Below are positions 9,761 to 19,698 of a stretch of 64,000 nucleotides of DNA, piece after piece. The translations under genes and the position numbers were made by a program. The first letter of the stretch is position 1. Each line of letters starts with the position of its first letter. The notes beneath the pieces were generated by a model. The model was not told the origin of the DNA. It was given only the letters and a program-made list of their open reading frames with translations, and did not search any database. The DNA comes from Candidatus Omnitrophota bacterium (GTDB taxonomy: Bacteria; Omnitrophota; Gorgyraeia; JABMRN01; RBG-13-46-9), in contig JBDRHE010000087.1 in assembly GCA_043817155.1 (NCBI GenBank), positions 983 to 64,982 on the forward strand. Reading direction: 5' to 3'.

Positions 9761-12700
9761 ATGATCAACAAAATCATCGAAACATGTCTTAAAAATAGAT
9801 TTCTAGTTATAGCGGTATTTGTTTTTATTGTTGTATGGGGCTTCTCTTCCATGCAAGATATCCCTATTGACGCCATTCCTGATATAGGCGAACTGCAGGT
9901 CATAGTTTACGCAGATTGGCCAGGAAGGAGTCCCAGGGACGTGGAAGACCAGGTGATATACCCCTTGACAACAGGACTTATGGGTACTCCGGGTGTAAAA
10001 GTGGTGCGCTCTACATCGGCTTTTGGTTTTGGTATAGTTAATATGATCTTCAAAGACGGAACCGACTTCTATTGGGCAAGAACGCGTGTTTTGGAAAGGT
10101 TGGATTTCGCCAAAAAAGATGTGCCTAAGGATGTTAGTGTTACTTTAGGCCCCGATGCCACTGCATTAGGGCAGATATTCTGGTATACAGTTGAAGGCGA
10201 AGGATATGATCTGGCCCAGCTTCGCTCTATACAGGACTGGTATATACGTTATCAGTTAAATGCCGTAGAAGGAGTTTCGGAAGTAGCCTCCGTGGGCGGA
10301 TATGTTAAGCAGTATCAAATAGACGTAGATCCGAATAAGCTGCTTGCTTATGATATCAAGATCCATAAAGTTATGAGCGCTGTTCGGAGTTCTAATATCG
10401 ACGTAGGCGCTAAGGTCTTTGAGGAGGGCGGAGCGGAGTTTATTGTGCGGGGAATAGGGTTTATTAAAAATACGGAAGACATAGAAGACATAGTCATAGG
10501 TTCAAAAGAGGGTGTTCCTATTTATATCAAGAATGTAGCGAATGTAATAATAGGCGCGGATTTCAGGAGAGGCGCACTTGATAAAGCGGGAAAAGAGGTT
10601 ACGGGCGGTGTTATACTTATGCGTTATGGAGAAAACCCTCTTAAGGTAATAGAGCGCATAAAGAATAAAATGGGAGAACTATCAGTTGGATTGCCGAAAG
10701 GCGTAAAGATCATACCCTTTTACGATAGGACAGGTCTCATCTTACGGTCCATAGATACGCTAAAAGACGCCCTTATCCAGGAGATAATAATTACCGTACT
10801 AGTAATTATCATATTTTTACTCCATTTCTGGGGCAGTGTAGTTATAGCTATAGTTTTACCTATAGGGGTATTGATCTCCTTTATTCTGATGAAGCAGTAT
10901 GGTATAGACGCGAATATTATGTCTTTAGGAGGTATCGCGATAGCGATAGGTGTTATGGTAGATTCCGGCTGTGTTTTGGTTGAAAATATCTACAGAAGGA
11001 TTACGACCAGACGACTGGAACTGGGAGTAGAGCGTCTTAAACCCGATGAAAGATTAAATGTATGCATATCAGGAGCACAGGAAGTGGGAAAGCCTGTCTT
11101 ATTCGCATTGCTTACCACCATTATAGGATTTATGCCTGTTTTTGTCTTAACCGGCCAGGCAGGCAAGCTCTTCAGGCCTCTTGCCTTTACAAAGACATTC
11201 GCTATGATGGGGGCCGCTATGATCGCGCTTATGCTCCTTCCGACGCTCTGTTATTATTTTTTAAAAGGCAGGATGCGGCATGTTGACGATAATAAGACAG
11301 CCCAATTTCTATATAAAATATATAAACCTGCTATTAATTGGTCGCTAAAGCGCAAAAATATAGTAGTTTTTATTTCTATAGGAATTATAATAGCCGGACT
11401 ATTCTGCGCCTCTTTAATGAAACAAGAATTTATGCCTCCTCTAAACGAAGGCGATCTTTTATTTATGCCCGTCCTTCTGCCGGGCGCGTCGCTTACTCAG
11501 GTAATGGAGGTTATGAAAAAGCAGGATATTACAATTAAAAGTGAGTTTCCTGAGGTCGAATGGGCTGTCGGCAAACTCGGTCGTGCCGAAACATCTACAG
11601 ATCCCGCCCCTGTAACCATGATTGAGACGATTATTCATCTAAAGGATAAGAAGTTTTGGCGTAAAGGCATGACTAGAGAAAAACTTATTCGCCAGATACA
11701 AGAGAAGACCAAGATAGCCGGAGTTAGCCCCATAATGACGCAGCCTATAAGAAACAGGATCGATATGCTGGCTACGGGAATACAGACGCCGGTGGGCATA
11801 AAAGTTTTCGGAAAAGATTTAAGTACGATTGTTGAGGTGGCCACAGAGATAGAAAAAATTGTAAGCGGAGTGGAAGGAGCCGTGAGCCCATATGCCGAAC
11901 GCACGTCTAACAGGCCATACTTTGAGATCGAGATTGACAGAAAACAGGCGGCCAGGTACGGTGTTGAGATAGGTGACATACAGCATATTATTATGACCGC
12001 GATAGGAGGTATGAACCTAACCACAACTGTTGAAGGCAGAGAACGCTATCCGGTAAGGGTGAGATACTTAAGAGAATTGCGGGATAGTCCTGAAGCATTA
12101 AATAGGATATTTGTTCCCACGCCGCAAGGAGAGCATATTCCGTTAACCCAGGTTGCTCGGCTCAAGAAAGTCCCAGGTCCGGCCGTCATAAACTCCGAAA
12201 ATACACTTACATACGCAAGGATATTTGTTAACGTTGATCAAGATATTGTTGGATTGATAGATTTTGTTAACAATGCTCAAAATGCGGTAAAAGAGAAGAT
12301 AGACAGCGGTGAACTAAAACTTCCTCCGGGCTATTTTATCAGTTGGTCGGGACAGTTTGAGAGTGAGATGGAATCGAGAAAGAAGCTAATCCCATCGCTT
12401 ATAATTGCTTTATTCGTAATCATGATATTGCTTTACGTGGCATTTAAGAACTTTAGTACTCTTCTTATTCTAGCAACCGGCCTTCCCGTAGGACTTATGG
12501 GAGGCATAATTCTGCTGTTCTTCCTCAATTTTAAATTTTCCACAGCCGTATGGGTAGGCTTTATCGCTTTGTTCGGCGTAGCCACGGACAACGCAGTAGT
12601 ATTACTCTCTACGCTAGAAGACCTATTTAAGAAGAAGGTGCCCAAGTCCGTGGAAGATATACGTAAGACAGTTATAGAGGGTGGACTCTTACGAGTAAGA

Positions 12701-12895
12701 CCCGCTATGATGACCACAGTCACGACGATCATAGCGCTTATGCCTGTTATGCTATCGACCGGCACCGGCTCGGAGATCATGAAGCCTATGGCTGCTCCCA
12801 CGGTAGGCGGCCTAATAACAGCTACGCTGTCTAATCTGATTTTAGTTCCGGTTTTATACTGCTGGATGAAAGAGAGGCAGATAAGAAGCGGGTAA
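9761..12895 (+). CDS. Heavy-metal efflux RND transporter (CusA/CzcA HME family)
   Basis: 1044 aa, 12 TM RND architecture, HME-family N-terminus. Confidence 0.9.
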   Translation: MINKIIETCLKNRFLVIAVFVFIVVWGFSSMQDIPIDAIPDIGELQVIVYADWPGRSPRDVEDQVIYPLTTGLMGTPGVKVVRSTSAFGFGIVNMIFKDGTDFYWARTRVLERLDFAKKDVPKDVSVTLGPDATALGQIFWYTVEGEGYDLAQLRSIQDWYIRYQLNAVEGVSEVASVGGYVKQYQIDVDPNKLLAYDIKIHKVMSAVRSSNIDVGAKVFEEGGAEFIVRGIGFIKNTEDIEDIVIGSKEGVPIYIKNVANVIIGADFRRGALDKAGKEVTGGVILMRYGENPLKVIERIKNKMGELSVGLPKGVKIIPFYDRTGLILRSIDTLKDALIQEIIITVLVIIIFLLHFWGSVVIAIVLPIGVLISFILMKQYGIDANIMSLGGIAIAIGVMVDSGCVLVENIYRRITTRRLELGVERLKPDERLNVCISGAQEVGKPVLFALLTTIIGFMPVFVLTGQAGKLFRPLAFTKTFAMMGAAMIALMLLPTLCYYFLKGRMRHVDDNKTAQFLYKIYKPAINWSLKRKNIVVFISIGIIIAGLFCASLMKQEFMPPLNEGDLLFMPVLLPGASLTQVMEVMKKQDITIKSEFPEVEWAVGKLGRAETSTDPAPVTMIETIIHLKDKKFWRKGMTREKLIRQIQEKTKIAGVSPIMTQPIRNRIDMLATGIQTPVGIKVFGKDLSTIVEVATEIEKIVSGVEGAVSPYAERTSNRPYFEIEIDRKQAARYGVEIGDIQHIIMTAIGGMNLTTTVEGRERYPVRVRYLRELRDSPEALNRIFVPTPQGEHIPLTQVARLKKVPGPAVINSENTLTYARIFVNVDQDIVGLIDFVNNAQNAVKEKIDSGELKLPPGYFISWSGQFESEMESRKKLIPSLIIALFVIMILLYVAFKNFSTLLILATGLPVGLMGGIILLFFLNFKFSTAVWVGFIALFGVATDNAVVLLSTLEDLFKKKVPKSVEDIRKTVIEGGLLRVRPAMMTTVTTIIALMPVMLSTGTGSEIMKPMAAPTVGGLITATLSNLILVPVLYCWMKERQIRSG

Positions 12896-12938
12896 TGCCT
12901 ATGTCAAAAGAGTTATCTCTCATTTTCGCACCCAACTC

Positions 12939-13027
12939 TGTCATTCCCATGAAAATGGGAATCCAGAGGTGAGTTTTCGAAGAGTTTACCCTGGATCCCC
13001 GCTTACGCGAGGATGACATGTGGGAAA
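12939..13027. repeat. Family-B REP-like element
   Basis: TGTCATTCCCATGAAAATGGGAATCCAG ... CTGGATCCCCGCTTACGCGAGGATGACATGTGGGAA. Confidence 0.75.
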
Positions 13028-13052
13028 ATGTGTAAAAAAAAGGAAAAAAGAC

Positions 13053-13081
13053 TTGACATAATGATACTAATGTAGTATCAT
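13053..13081 (+). promoter_or_regulatory. Sigma70-like promoter, TTGACA-N17-TATCAT
   Basis: Consensus -35 with good spacing; heads a ~450-nt structured leader. Confidence 0.5.
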
Positions 13082-13269
13082 TAAGGTGGATAAAGGTCCT
13101 TCGGCCTTTTGGGCCTAGGGATCTCCCGCCAATACTTACGTGTGGCGGGACCCCGCCATACGATAGTAACGGCGGGGAATTCGACCCTTCAAAGAAGAAG
13201 TTCACGGAAGATGGACTTACAAAAATTAGAGATTTTTGTAAGTCCAGGTCTCATTGAAAGGAGGTCAAT

Positions 13270-13353
13270 ATGTGGATTAGAACAAAATACATGTTAAGAG
13301 CAGTCGCGCATTGCAAAGAAGGCTGCAGTATGAGGTCCCTGGCACGACCTTAA
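13270..13353 (+). CDS. Candidate 27-aa leader or small protein (MWIRTKYMLRAVAHCKEGCSMRSLARP)
   Basis: Strong SD GAAAGGAGGT 5 nt upstream; inside the long leader before the Fe-S gene. Confidence 0.25.
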   Translation: MWIRTKYMLRAVAHCKEGCSMRSLARP

Positions 13354-13533
13354 ACTGCCAATAGGCTAACGCGAAGGGAGGCTGCTTGGTAATATCTAGC
13401 CTCCCTTCGGCATCTTAACCCGCCTACGTCCGCCGCGAAGAGCGGTGAGACTTCGGCGCGGTTTGCGCTTCACTGAAGTAAGAATAAAAATTATACAGGC
13501 GTAAGTCAGCGAAGCTTCAATATTGGAGGAGAC

Positions 13534-14394
13534 ATGGCTAAACGGAAGATAATAAAGATCGATGCGGATAAGTGTACAGGATGTAGCGAGTGCATACCCA
13601 ATTGTCCCGAGGGGGCGCTACAGATGATAGACGGTAAAGCATGCCTTGTAAGCGACCTCTTCTGCGACGGCCTGGGTGCATGCATAGGTCATTGTCCGCA
13701 AGGGGCCATTACAATCGAACAGAGAGATGCTGAAGCCTATGACGAAAAGAAGGTTATGGAGAATATTATAAAACAGGGTAAGAATGTTATAAAGGCGCAT
13801 CTGGAGCATCTAAAAGACCACAACCAAATGGAATTCTTGAGTCAAGCCATTGCGGTACTGGATGCCAAGGGGATAGATAACCCACTTAAGGCTAGCATGT
13901 GTCATGGGCCGGAAAAGCGTGGACAGTCAGGATGCCCGGGATCCAGGATGATGGACTTTACAAGAGCACAAGAGCACAAGAGCACAAGAGCACACGACAC
14001 AAAGCCAGAAGATACAAGGACCGGTTCGGGGTCGCAATTAGGGCAATGGCCCATACAGCTTATGCTCGTTCCGCCATTTGCACCCTATCTCGATAATGCC
14101 GACCTTCTTATCGCAGCCGATTGTGTTCCATTTGCATATGCAGATTTTCATAGTACCTTACTAAGGGGCAAGGTACTTATAATAGGTTGCCCGAAGCTCG
14201 ATGATTCGGCGTTCTACAAAGAGAAGATCGCAGAGATCATAAAGAACAATAATATGAAGTCTATTACATGCGCGCATATGGAAGTGCCTTGTTGTTTCGG
14301 CCTGGTGAATATTGTCAAATCGGCAATAGCGGATTCAGGAAAGGCTGTACCTTTTGAAGAGGTAACGATAACGGTAAAAGGGGATAAGATCTAA
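13534..14394 (+). CDS. 4Fe-4S ferredoxin-domain protein with an uncharacterized Cys-rich C-terminal domain
   Basis: CTGCSECIPNCP and CDGLGACIGHCP cluster motifs; C-terminal GCPKLDD...CAHMEVPCCFGL; in-frame (CAAGAGCAC)3 repeat at 13963-13990. Confidence 0.55.
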   Translation: MAKRKIIKIDADKCTGCSECIPNCPEGALQMIDGKACLVSDLFCDGLGACIGHCPQGAITIEQRDAEAYDEKKVMENIIKQGKNVIKAHLEHLKDHNQMEFLSQAIAVLDAKGIDNPLKASMCHGPEKRGQSGCPGSRMMDFTRAQEHKSTRAHDTKPEDTRTGSGSQLGQWPIQLMLVPPFAPYLDNADLLIAADCVPFAYADFHSTLLRGKVLIIGCPKLDDSAFYKEKIAEIIKNNNMKSITCAHMEVPCCFGLVNIVKSAIADSGKAVPFEEVTITVKGDKI

Positions 14395-15116
14395 TGTCCT
14401 TTAAGAAGTGCCCGGGATCTCAAAAATTTAACCAGCCGCAACCGGAGATCATCGCCTGCGAATTTTGCAGGGCGGAGGTGGAGATATGGACGGACGAAGC
14501 GAAGGCGACCTGCCCAAAATGCAAAAAGACCATAATACGGGAAGGCGGGGCGAGCTGTCTTGACTGGTGCAAATATGCCAAGGAGTGCGTTGGGGATTCG
14601 ATTTATTCTAAATATATGAAGAATAAGGTGGCTACGTTAAAGGAGCTCCTTACAAAAGAGATGGAAGCCCATTTCGGAGAGGATGGGAAGAGGATAAATC
14701 ACGCAAAGTCGGTGCTAAGTTTCGCCGAAGAGTTGCTTACAAAGGAGAAGGCGGACTGGCATATCGTTGTTCCGGCAAGTATTCTGCATGATGTCGGGAT
14801 AAAAGCGGCTGAAGCCAAGTACAGTTCGGCAGCAGGCCACCATCAGGAGAAGGAAGGACCGGCCATCGCGAAGAAGATCCTTCTTAAGTTCGGATTCAAG
14901 AAGGAAGACATAGAAGAGATATGCGATATAATTGCGCGCCACCATACGCCCGGCAAGATAACGAGCATGAACTTTAAGGTTCTATATGATGCAGACTGGC
15001 TCGTTAATATAAAAGACGAAGTAGGCATAAAGGATAAGGATAAATCAAGAAGAGCCATAGATGCTGTATTTCTTACCAGGGCCGGGAAAGATATGGCAAA
15101 AGATCTTTATTTGTAG
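14394..15116 (+). CDS. HD-domain phosphohydrolase with N-terminal zinc ribbon
   Basis: CEFC...CPKCKK ribbon; HD motif ILHDVG with H...HH...D residues. Confidence 0.65.
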   Translation: MSFKKCPGSQKFNQPQPEIIACEFCRAEVEIWTDEAKATCPKCKKTIIREGGASCLDWCKYAKECVGDSIYSKYMKNKVATLKELLTKEMEAHFGEDGKRINHAKSVLSFAEELLTKEKADWHIVVPASILHDVGIKAAEAKYSSAAGHHQEKEGPAIAKKILLKFGFKKEDIEEICDIIARHHTPGKITSMNFKVLYDADWLVNIKDEVGIKDKDKSRRAIDAVFLTRAGKDMAKDLYL

Positions 15117-15159
15117 TAAGATAAATTGTTCCTAAAAGACATACAACGCACAGGTGGGC

Positions 15160-15232
15160 AGTAAGTAGCGAGTAGCAAGTAGAGAGTAGAGAGAGACTTT
15201 CTTGCTACTTGCTACTCTCTACTCGCTACTTA
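15160..15232. repeat. Family-D AGTAG/CTACT hairpin element (purine-rich arm then complementary pyrimidine-rich arm)
   Basis: Near-identical 70-bp copy at 46131-46200; followed by an A/T tract. Confidence 0.7.
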
Positions 15233-15279
15233 AAAGATTTGTGCCAAGCTGTTAAAAAAAATAACATAGGAGGGGAGAT

Positions 15280-15792
15280 ATGATAAGTAAGAAGATGACC
15301 AAGAGCATTAACGACCAAATAAACAAAGAACTCTATTCTGCCTACCTGTATCTGGGAATGGCTACCTTTGCGGCCGGGAAGGGCTTTCCGGGAGCCGCAA
15401 ACTGGTTCTCCGTTCAGGTGAAGGAAGAGATGACGCATGCAGAGAAGTTCTTCAATTACGTGAACCAGCAGGGTGAGCGTGTCCTGCTCGATGCAATAGA
15501 AAAGCCGCCCCAAGACTTTAAGTCGTTACTCAATTGTTTCGAAGAGACGCTAAAACATGAGAAGAAGGTAACAGGCCTCATTAACGACCTTGTAGATATC
15601 GCGAAGAAGGAGAAGGACCATGCGACAGAAGCGGCTCTGCAGTGGTTTGTATCAGAACAGGTGGAGGAAGAGTCGAGCGCCCAGGAGATCATTCAAAAAT
15701 TTAAGCTTATTGGTAACGACGGCAGTGGGCTTCCTACCATAGATAGTCAGCTAGCAACCAGGGTATTTACACCCTCGGTTGCAGGGGCATAG
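15280..15792 (+). CDS. ftn: Ferritin (non-heme, Ftn-like)
   Basis: Ferritin diiron ligand pattern (E..Y..E..H..E..QE). Confidence 0.85.
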   Translation: MISKKMTKSINDQINKELYSAYLYLGMATFAAGKGFPGAANWFSVQVKEEMTHAEKFFNYVNQQGERVLLDAIEKPPQDFKSLLNCFEETLKHEKKVTGLINDLVDIAKKEKDHATEAALQWFVSEQVEEESSAQEIIQKFKLIGNDGSGLPTIDSQLATRVFTPSVAGA

Positions 15793-15833
15793 GGAGAGAC
15801 TTTCGAACCGACGAACTAAAATGGAGGTTAACA

Positions 15834-16055
15834 ATGAAGGAGAGAATAGAAGCTGCTTTAAATAAGGTAAGACCATCACTTCAAGCGGATGGCGGGAATG
15901 TAGAGCTTGTAGACGTTACAGCGGACGGGGTTGTTAAAGTTAAACTGACAGGGGCTTGCGGGAGCTGTCCCATGAGTCAGATGACACTTAAGATGGGGAT
16001 AGAGAAGGCCATTAAGAAAGAGGTTCCGGAGGTTAAAGAGGTTACAGCGGTATAA
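15834..16055 (+). CDS. NifU C-terminal-domain (Nfu-type) Fe-S carrier
   Basis: [15 protein letters not shown] CxxC motif. Confidence 0.85.
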   Translation: MKERIEAALNKVRPSLQADGGNVELVDVTADGVVKVKLTGACGSCPMSQMTLKMGIEKAIKKEVPEVKEVTAV

Positions 16056-16075
16056 ATATAATAAAAGCAAGGGTG

Positions 16076-16522
16076 ATGAGATTGAAGAAGAAAGAAGGAT
16101 TCTTAAAGAAACTTTCGCAGGCGATCGACGCGGAGAACACCTCCGCGATCTGTTACTGGCACCTTTCAGCATTGATCAAGAACGGAAAGAGCAAGAGTAA
16201 GCTTAAAGCATTCTCCACTACGTCCAAGGAGAACAAGGCATTGTTGCTTGAACGCCTTAAAGGTGAAGGTAAGGGAGATTTTGCCCTGGAGAAGGGATGT
16301 GAATTCTGCAAGATGGATCCCCAGGATCTATCCGTCATAGGAAGTGTCAACCTTGGACTCGAAATGACGAAGATCGCGGCAAAACTTTATAAGGATCTCC
16401 TGGCTTCAAGCAGGACAGGGGGCGATAGGTCTCTATTTAAAAGAATATTAAATACCAAGACAGATCAAAACAGGTTCCTGAGACGAGAGAAGAGTTTTGC
16501 TCCGGAAGCCCAAGAGGCTTAG
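16076..16522 (+). CDS. Hypothetical protein
   Basis: Intact ORF with RBS; no recognisable family (possibly a helical bundle). Confidence 0.4.
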   Translation: MRLKKKEGFLKKLSQAIDAENTSAICYWHLSALIKNGKSKSKLKAFSTTSKENKALLLERLKGEGKGDFALEKGCEFCKMDPQDLSVIGSVNLGLEMTKIAAKLYKDLLASSRTGGDRSLFKRILNTKTDQNRFLRREKSFAPEAQEA

Positions 16523-16583
16523 CTTCTTAAGGGAAAAGAATAGACTTGTACTAAATAAGAGCCCGGAAAGAGAGGCGCTAATA

Positions 16584-17771
16584 ATGTCAGCTATAAGGAT
16601 ATTGCCGGATGTATATTGGGTAGGCGCTGTCGACTGGAACATCAGAAATTTTCACGGACATACATATTCAACCAGGAGAGGCACAACCTATAATGCTTAT
16701 CTGATTATCGATGAAAAGATAACGCTTGTGGACACTGTACATGCACCTTTCAAGCAGGAACTTATCAACAATATAAAAGATGTGATCGATCCGTCAAAGA
16801 TCGAACATATTATTGTAAACCACGTAGAGCCGGACCATTCCGGCGCCCTTCCCGATATACTTAAGTACTCTCCGAAAGCCAAAGTTTTCGGCACGTCCAA
16901 GTGCAAGGATGGGCTCAAGAAACACTATTATGCTGATTGGGATTTCAACATAGTCAAGACAGGGGACAGGCTTAAGCTGGGCAAGAGGACGTTAAGTTTT
17001 ATTGAGGCACCCATGCTGCACTGGCCGGACAGCATGTTCAGTTATATTATAGAGGACGCTCTGCTCTTCCCGAATGACGCTTTCGGGCAACATTATGCTA
17101 CAAGCGAAAAATTCGATGACGAGGTGGATCAGGCAATATTGATGGATGAGGCTGCTAAATATTACGGCAATATTCTATGGCCCTTAAGTTCCCTGGTAGT
17201 AAGAAAGATAGTCGAAATACAGAATATGAATATTCCCATAAGGATGATAGCCCCCAGTCACGGGCTTATATGGAGAAGGGATCCAGGGTCGATCATAGGC
17301 GCGTATCTCTCCTGGGCGAAGAACGAGACCGCGAAGAAGGTTGTGATAGTATATGAGACGATGTGGAGGTCGACCGAGAAGATGGCCAGGTCGATCGCTG
17401 ATGGGCTGATCGATTCAGGGATCTCGGTCAAATTATTCGACATAAGCCAATCGGATCGAACTGAGATAATAAGGGAGATGCTTGACAGCAAGGGCTATAT
17501 AATAGGATCGTCAACCCACGATAACGGCATGCTTTCCAATATTGCGGGTTTCCTGGAGTTTTTTAAGGGGTTGAAACCGAAGAATAGGCTCGCAGGCGCA
17601 TTCGGTTCTTATGGTTGGGCAGGCGGGGCGGTAAAGTCTATAGAGAAGATATTAGAGGGTTTGGCGCTTGAGATCGCTGTGCCCTCTTTGAGCGTGAGAT
17701 ACGTCCCGGATGAGTCCGAAACAAGGCGCTCTTATGAATACGGAAAAGAGTTTGCGGAGAAGATAAAGTAA
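16584..17771 (+). CDS. Flavodiiron protein (FprA / rubredoxin:oxygen oxidoreductase type)
   Basis: Metallo-beta-lactamase diiron motif HVEPDHSG plus C-terminal flavodoxin domain; true ATG at 16584 inside the track ORF. Confidence 0.85.
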   Translation: MSAIRILPDVYWVGAVDWNIRNFHGHTYSTRRGTTYNAYLIIDEKITLVDTVHAPFKQELINNIKDVIDPSKIEHIIVNHVEPDHSGALPDILKYSPKAKVFGTSKCKDGLKKHYYADWDFNIVKTGDRLKLGKRTLSFIEAPMLHWPDSMFSYIIEDALLFPNDAFGQHYATSEKFDDEVDQAILMDEAAKYYGNILWPLSSLVVRKIVEIQNMNIPIRMIAPSHGLIWRRDPGSIIGAYLSWAKNETAKKVVIVYETMWRSTEKMARSIADGLIDSGISVKLFDISQSDRTEIIREMLDSKGYIIGSSTHDNGMLSNIAGFLEFFKGLKPKNRLAGAFGSYGWAGGAVKSIEKILEGLALEIAVPSLSVRYVPDESETRRSYEYGKEFAEKIK

Positions 17772-17814
17772 TGGGTCCGGCTTCGATATTGCACATATAT
17801 ATTTCGATTACCCA

Positions 17815-17925
17815 TCACTTATAAGAGGCGGGTACAATTTCGCCGTTATAAGGGCTTCCCAAAACAGGAGCGCCGCACATACCAAAAGAGTAGATCTTCT
17901 TTTGTAAATACTGCTTTACGGACAT
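17815..17925 (-). CDS. Candidate 36-aa small ORF (MSVKQYLQKKIYSFGMCGAPVLGSPYNGEIVPASYK); the only minus-strand candidate
   Basis: ATG with a weak GAAGG SD in an otherwise empty 240-bp spacer. Confidence 0.15.
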   Translation of the reverse strand: MSVKQYLQKKIYSFGMCGAPVLGSPYNGEIVPASYK

Positions 17926-18012
17926 GGGGCCTTCAGGGCGATTAAACAGGGATCCTGTTCGGGATCTCAACAGGCGCTTTAGGGGGAATGTACAAGGATG
18001 TGAGGTAGAGAT

Positions 18013-19689
18013 ATGAATATCGCAAGCTTGGCTTTAAAGACTTTAGCTATTAACGCTCTGGCATTCGAAGAATCTACCAAGGCCCCCATTAGGGTCCAAA
18101 GACAGCTCCTTCTAGATTATCTTAAGCGTAACGGCAATACAAAATATGGCAAAGAGTGCAATTTTTCCGAGATTAAAACTATAGAAACGTTCCAGAAGAA
18201 GGTACCCCTGAGCAACCCGGAAACAGTAGCCCCATACACCGATCGGATGACCAGGGGTGAGGCAAATGTCTTAACTTCCGACAAGCCGATATTTTTCGGG
18301 CTAACAAGCGGCACTACCAGTCATCCCAAGTTCATCCCCGTGACGAAATTCTCCCGTTCCAAGAAAGCTGATGTAACCAATTTATGGGCATACTATATCT
18401 ACAAGGACCATCCCCGCGTTCTGGATGGGAAGATACTGGCCATAGTTAATAGCGAAATAAAGGGATATACCGAGTGCGGGATACCATACGGTGCGGAGAC
18501 AGGCCACGGCTATAAGAGCATGCCTGATGTAATAAAGCATTTTTATGCCATACCTTACGAGGTATTCGATATCAAAGATTACGACGCCAGATACTATTGT
18601 ATACTGAGGATCGCGATGGAGCAGGATATCACTACGATAGCGACTCCCAATCCCGGAATAATAGTTCTACTGTGCCAAAAACTTGGGAACTGGCAAGATA
18701 GGATAATAGAGGATATCGAAAACGGAACCATCTACCACGGAATGAGTATCGAAGAGGACAAGAGAAAGAGAATAGAAGAGTGCTTGAGGCCAAATTCTGA
18801 CAGAGCTAACTTCTTGAAAACTATCCTAAAAGAGAAGAAGACGCTTCTGCCTAAATATTGCTGGCCAAACCTCGAGCTTATTGAATGCTGGAAGGGAGGC
18901 ACTCTTAAGATGCATCTTAAGGAGCTGTCGAGATATTTCGGGGATATTAAAGTGAGAGACTTTGGATACCTGTCAACGGAGGCACGTTGCTCGATACCCA
19001 TGACGGATGAAGGTGCGGGAGGCGTTCTTGCGATAAATACGAATTTCTATGAATTCATCCCCAGGGAGGATCTGGAGAGAGGGGATAAACGCTTTCTTTT
19101 ATGCGATCAGTTAAAGGAAGGGATGGAATACTCGCTTGTGCTCACGACCCCGGGTGGGCTCTATAGGTATGATATAGGAGACATTATACGCATAAACGGC
19201 TTTTTTAACAAGACGCCTATTGTTGAATTTGTACAGAGAGGCCAAAGCGTAACAAATCTGGCCGGCGAGAAACTTTACGGGTCCCAGGTTAACGAAGCGG
19301 TAAACCGGGCTTTGGATAAGCACAAACTATTGATACAGTTCTATTCGGCATCCATACAATGGGGGGATATCCCGAGATACATATTTCTGATAGAGTTTAA
19401 CAGCAATCCGCCCTCCCATACCAAAGAGTCTCTGTTGGTTTCCATTGAAGAGGAGCTTTGCCAGCAGAACATAATGTATGAGGACAAGAGAAGGGCGTGC
19501 CTATTGGCCCCGCCCATTCTTAAGGTCGTAAAGAAAGGCGGTTTCGAGAAGTACCGCGCCAAAAAGGTGAGCGAAGGCGCCAATGACAGTCAGTTCAAGG
19601 TTCCGGAACTCATTCCCGACCTTAACTTCCAGAAGAATTTCAATATAAACGAGGAGATATCCCTTCCCGAAGATGATATTGGGATATAA
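18013..19689 (+). CDS. GH3-family acyl-acid amido synthetase (auxin-responsive GH3-like)
   Basis: TSGTTSHPKFIP adenylation motif and C-terminal LYRYDIGDIIRINGF (GH3 YRYRxGD motif). Confidence 0.75.
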   Translation: MNIASLALKTLAINALAFEESTKAPIRVQRQLLLDYLKRNGNTKYGKECNFSEIKTIETFQKKVPLSNPETVAPYTDRMTRGEANVLTSDKPIFFGLTSGTTSHPKFIPVTKFSRSKKADVTNLWAYYIYKDHPRVLDGKILAIVNSEIKGYTECGIPYGAETGHGYKSMPDVIKHFYAIPYEVFDIKDYDARYYCILRIAMEQDITTIATPNPGIIVLLCQKLGNWQDRIIEDIENGTIYHGMSIEEDKRKRIEECLRPNSDRANFLKTILKEKKTLLPKYCWPNLELIECWKGGTLKMHLKELSRYFGDIKVRDFGYLSTEARCSIPMTDEGAGGVLAINTNFYEFIPREDLERGDKRFLLCDQLKEGMEYSLVLTTPGGLYRYDIGDIIRINGFFNKTPIVEFVQRGQSVTNLAGEKLYGSQVNEAVNRALDKHKLLIQFYSASIQWGDIPRYIFLIEFNSNPPSHTKESLLVSIEEELCQQNIMYEDKRRACLLAPPILKVVKKGGFEKYRAKKVSEGANDSQFKVPELIPDLNFQKNFNINEEISLPEDDIGI

Positions 19690-19698
19690 ATTCAGGAT

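Noticed and set aside
11062-11538. Small + strand ORFs nested in cusA (11062-11286, 11338-11538) and various minus-strand ORFs inside real genes (for example 313-723, 20251-20736, 36936-37508, 48102-48806, 49042-49530)
   Set aside because: Alternate-frame or antisense ORFs inside well-supported conserved genes.
13040-13533. tmRNA, RNase P, SRP RNA or a known riboswitch in the long leader
   Set aside because: None of the hallmark sequences (tmRNA tag-peptide ORF, RNase P AGGAAAGTCCGGGCTCC, SRP domain IV) are present; the hairpins are shared with REP-like repeats, so it is left as an unclassified structured leader.
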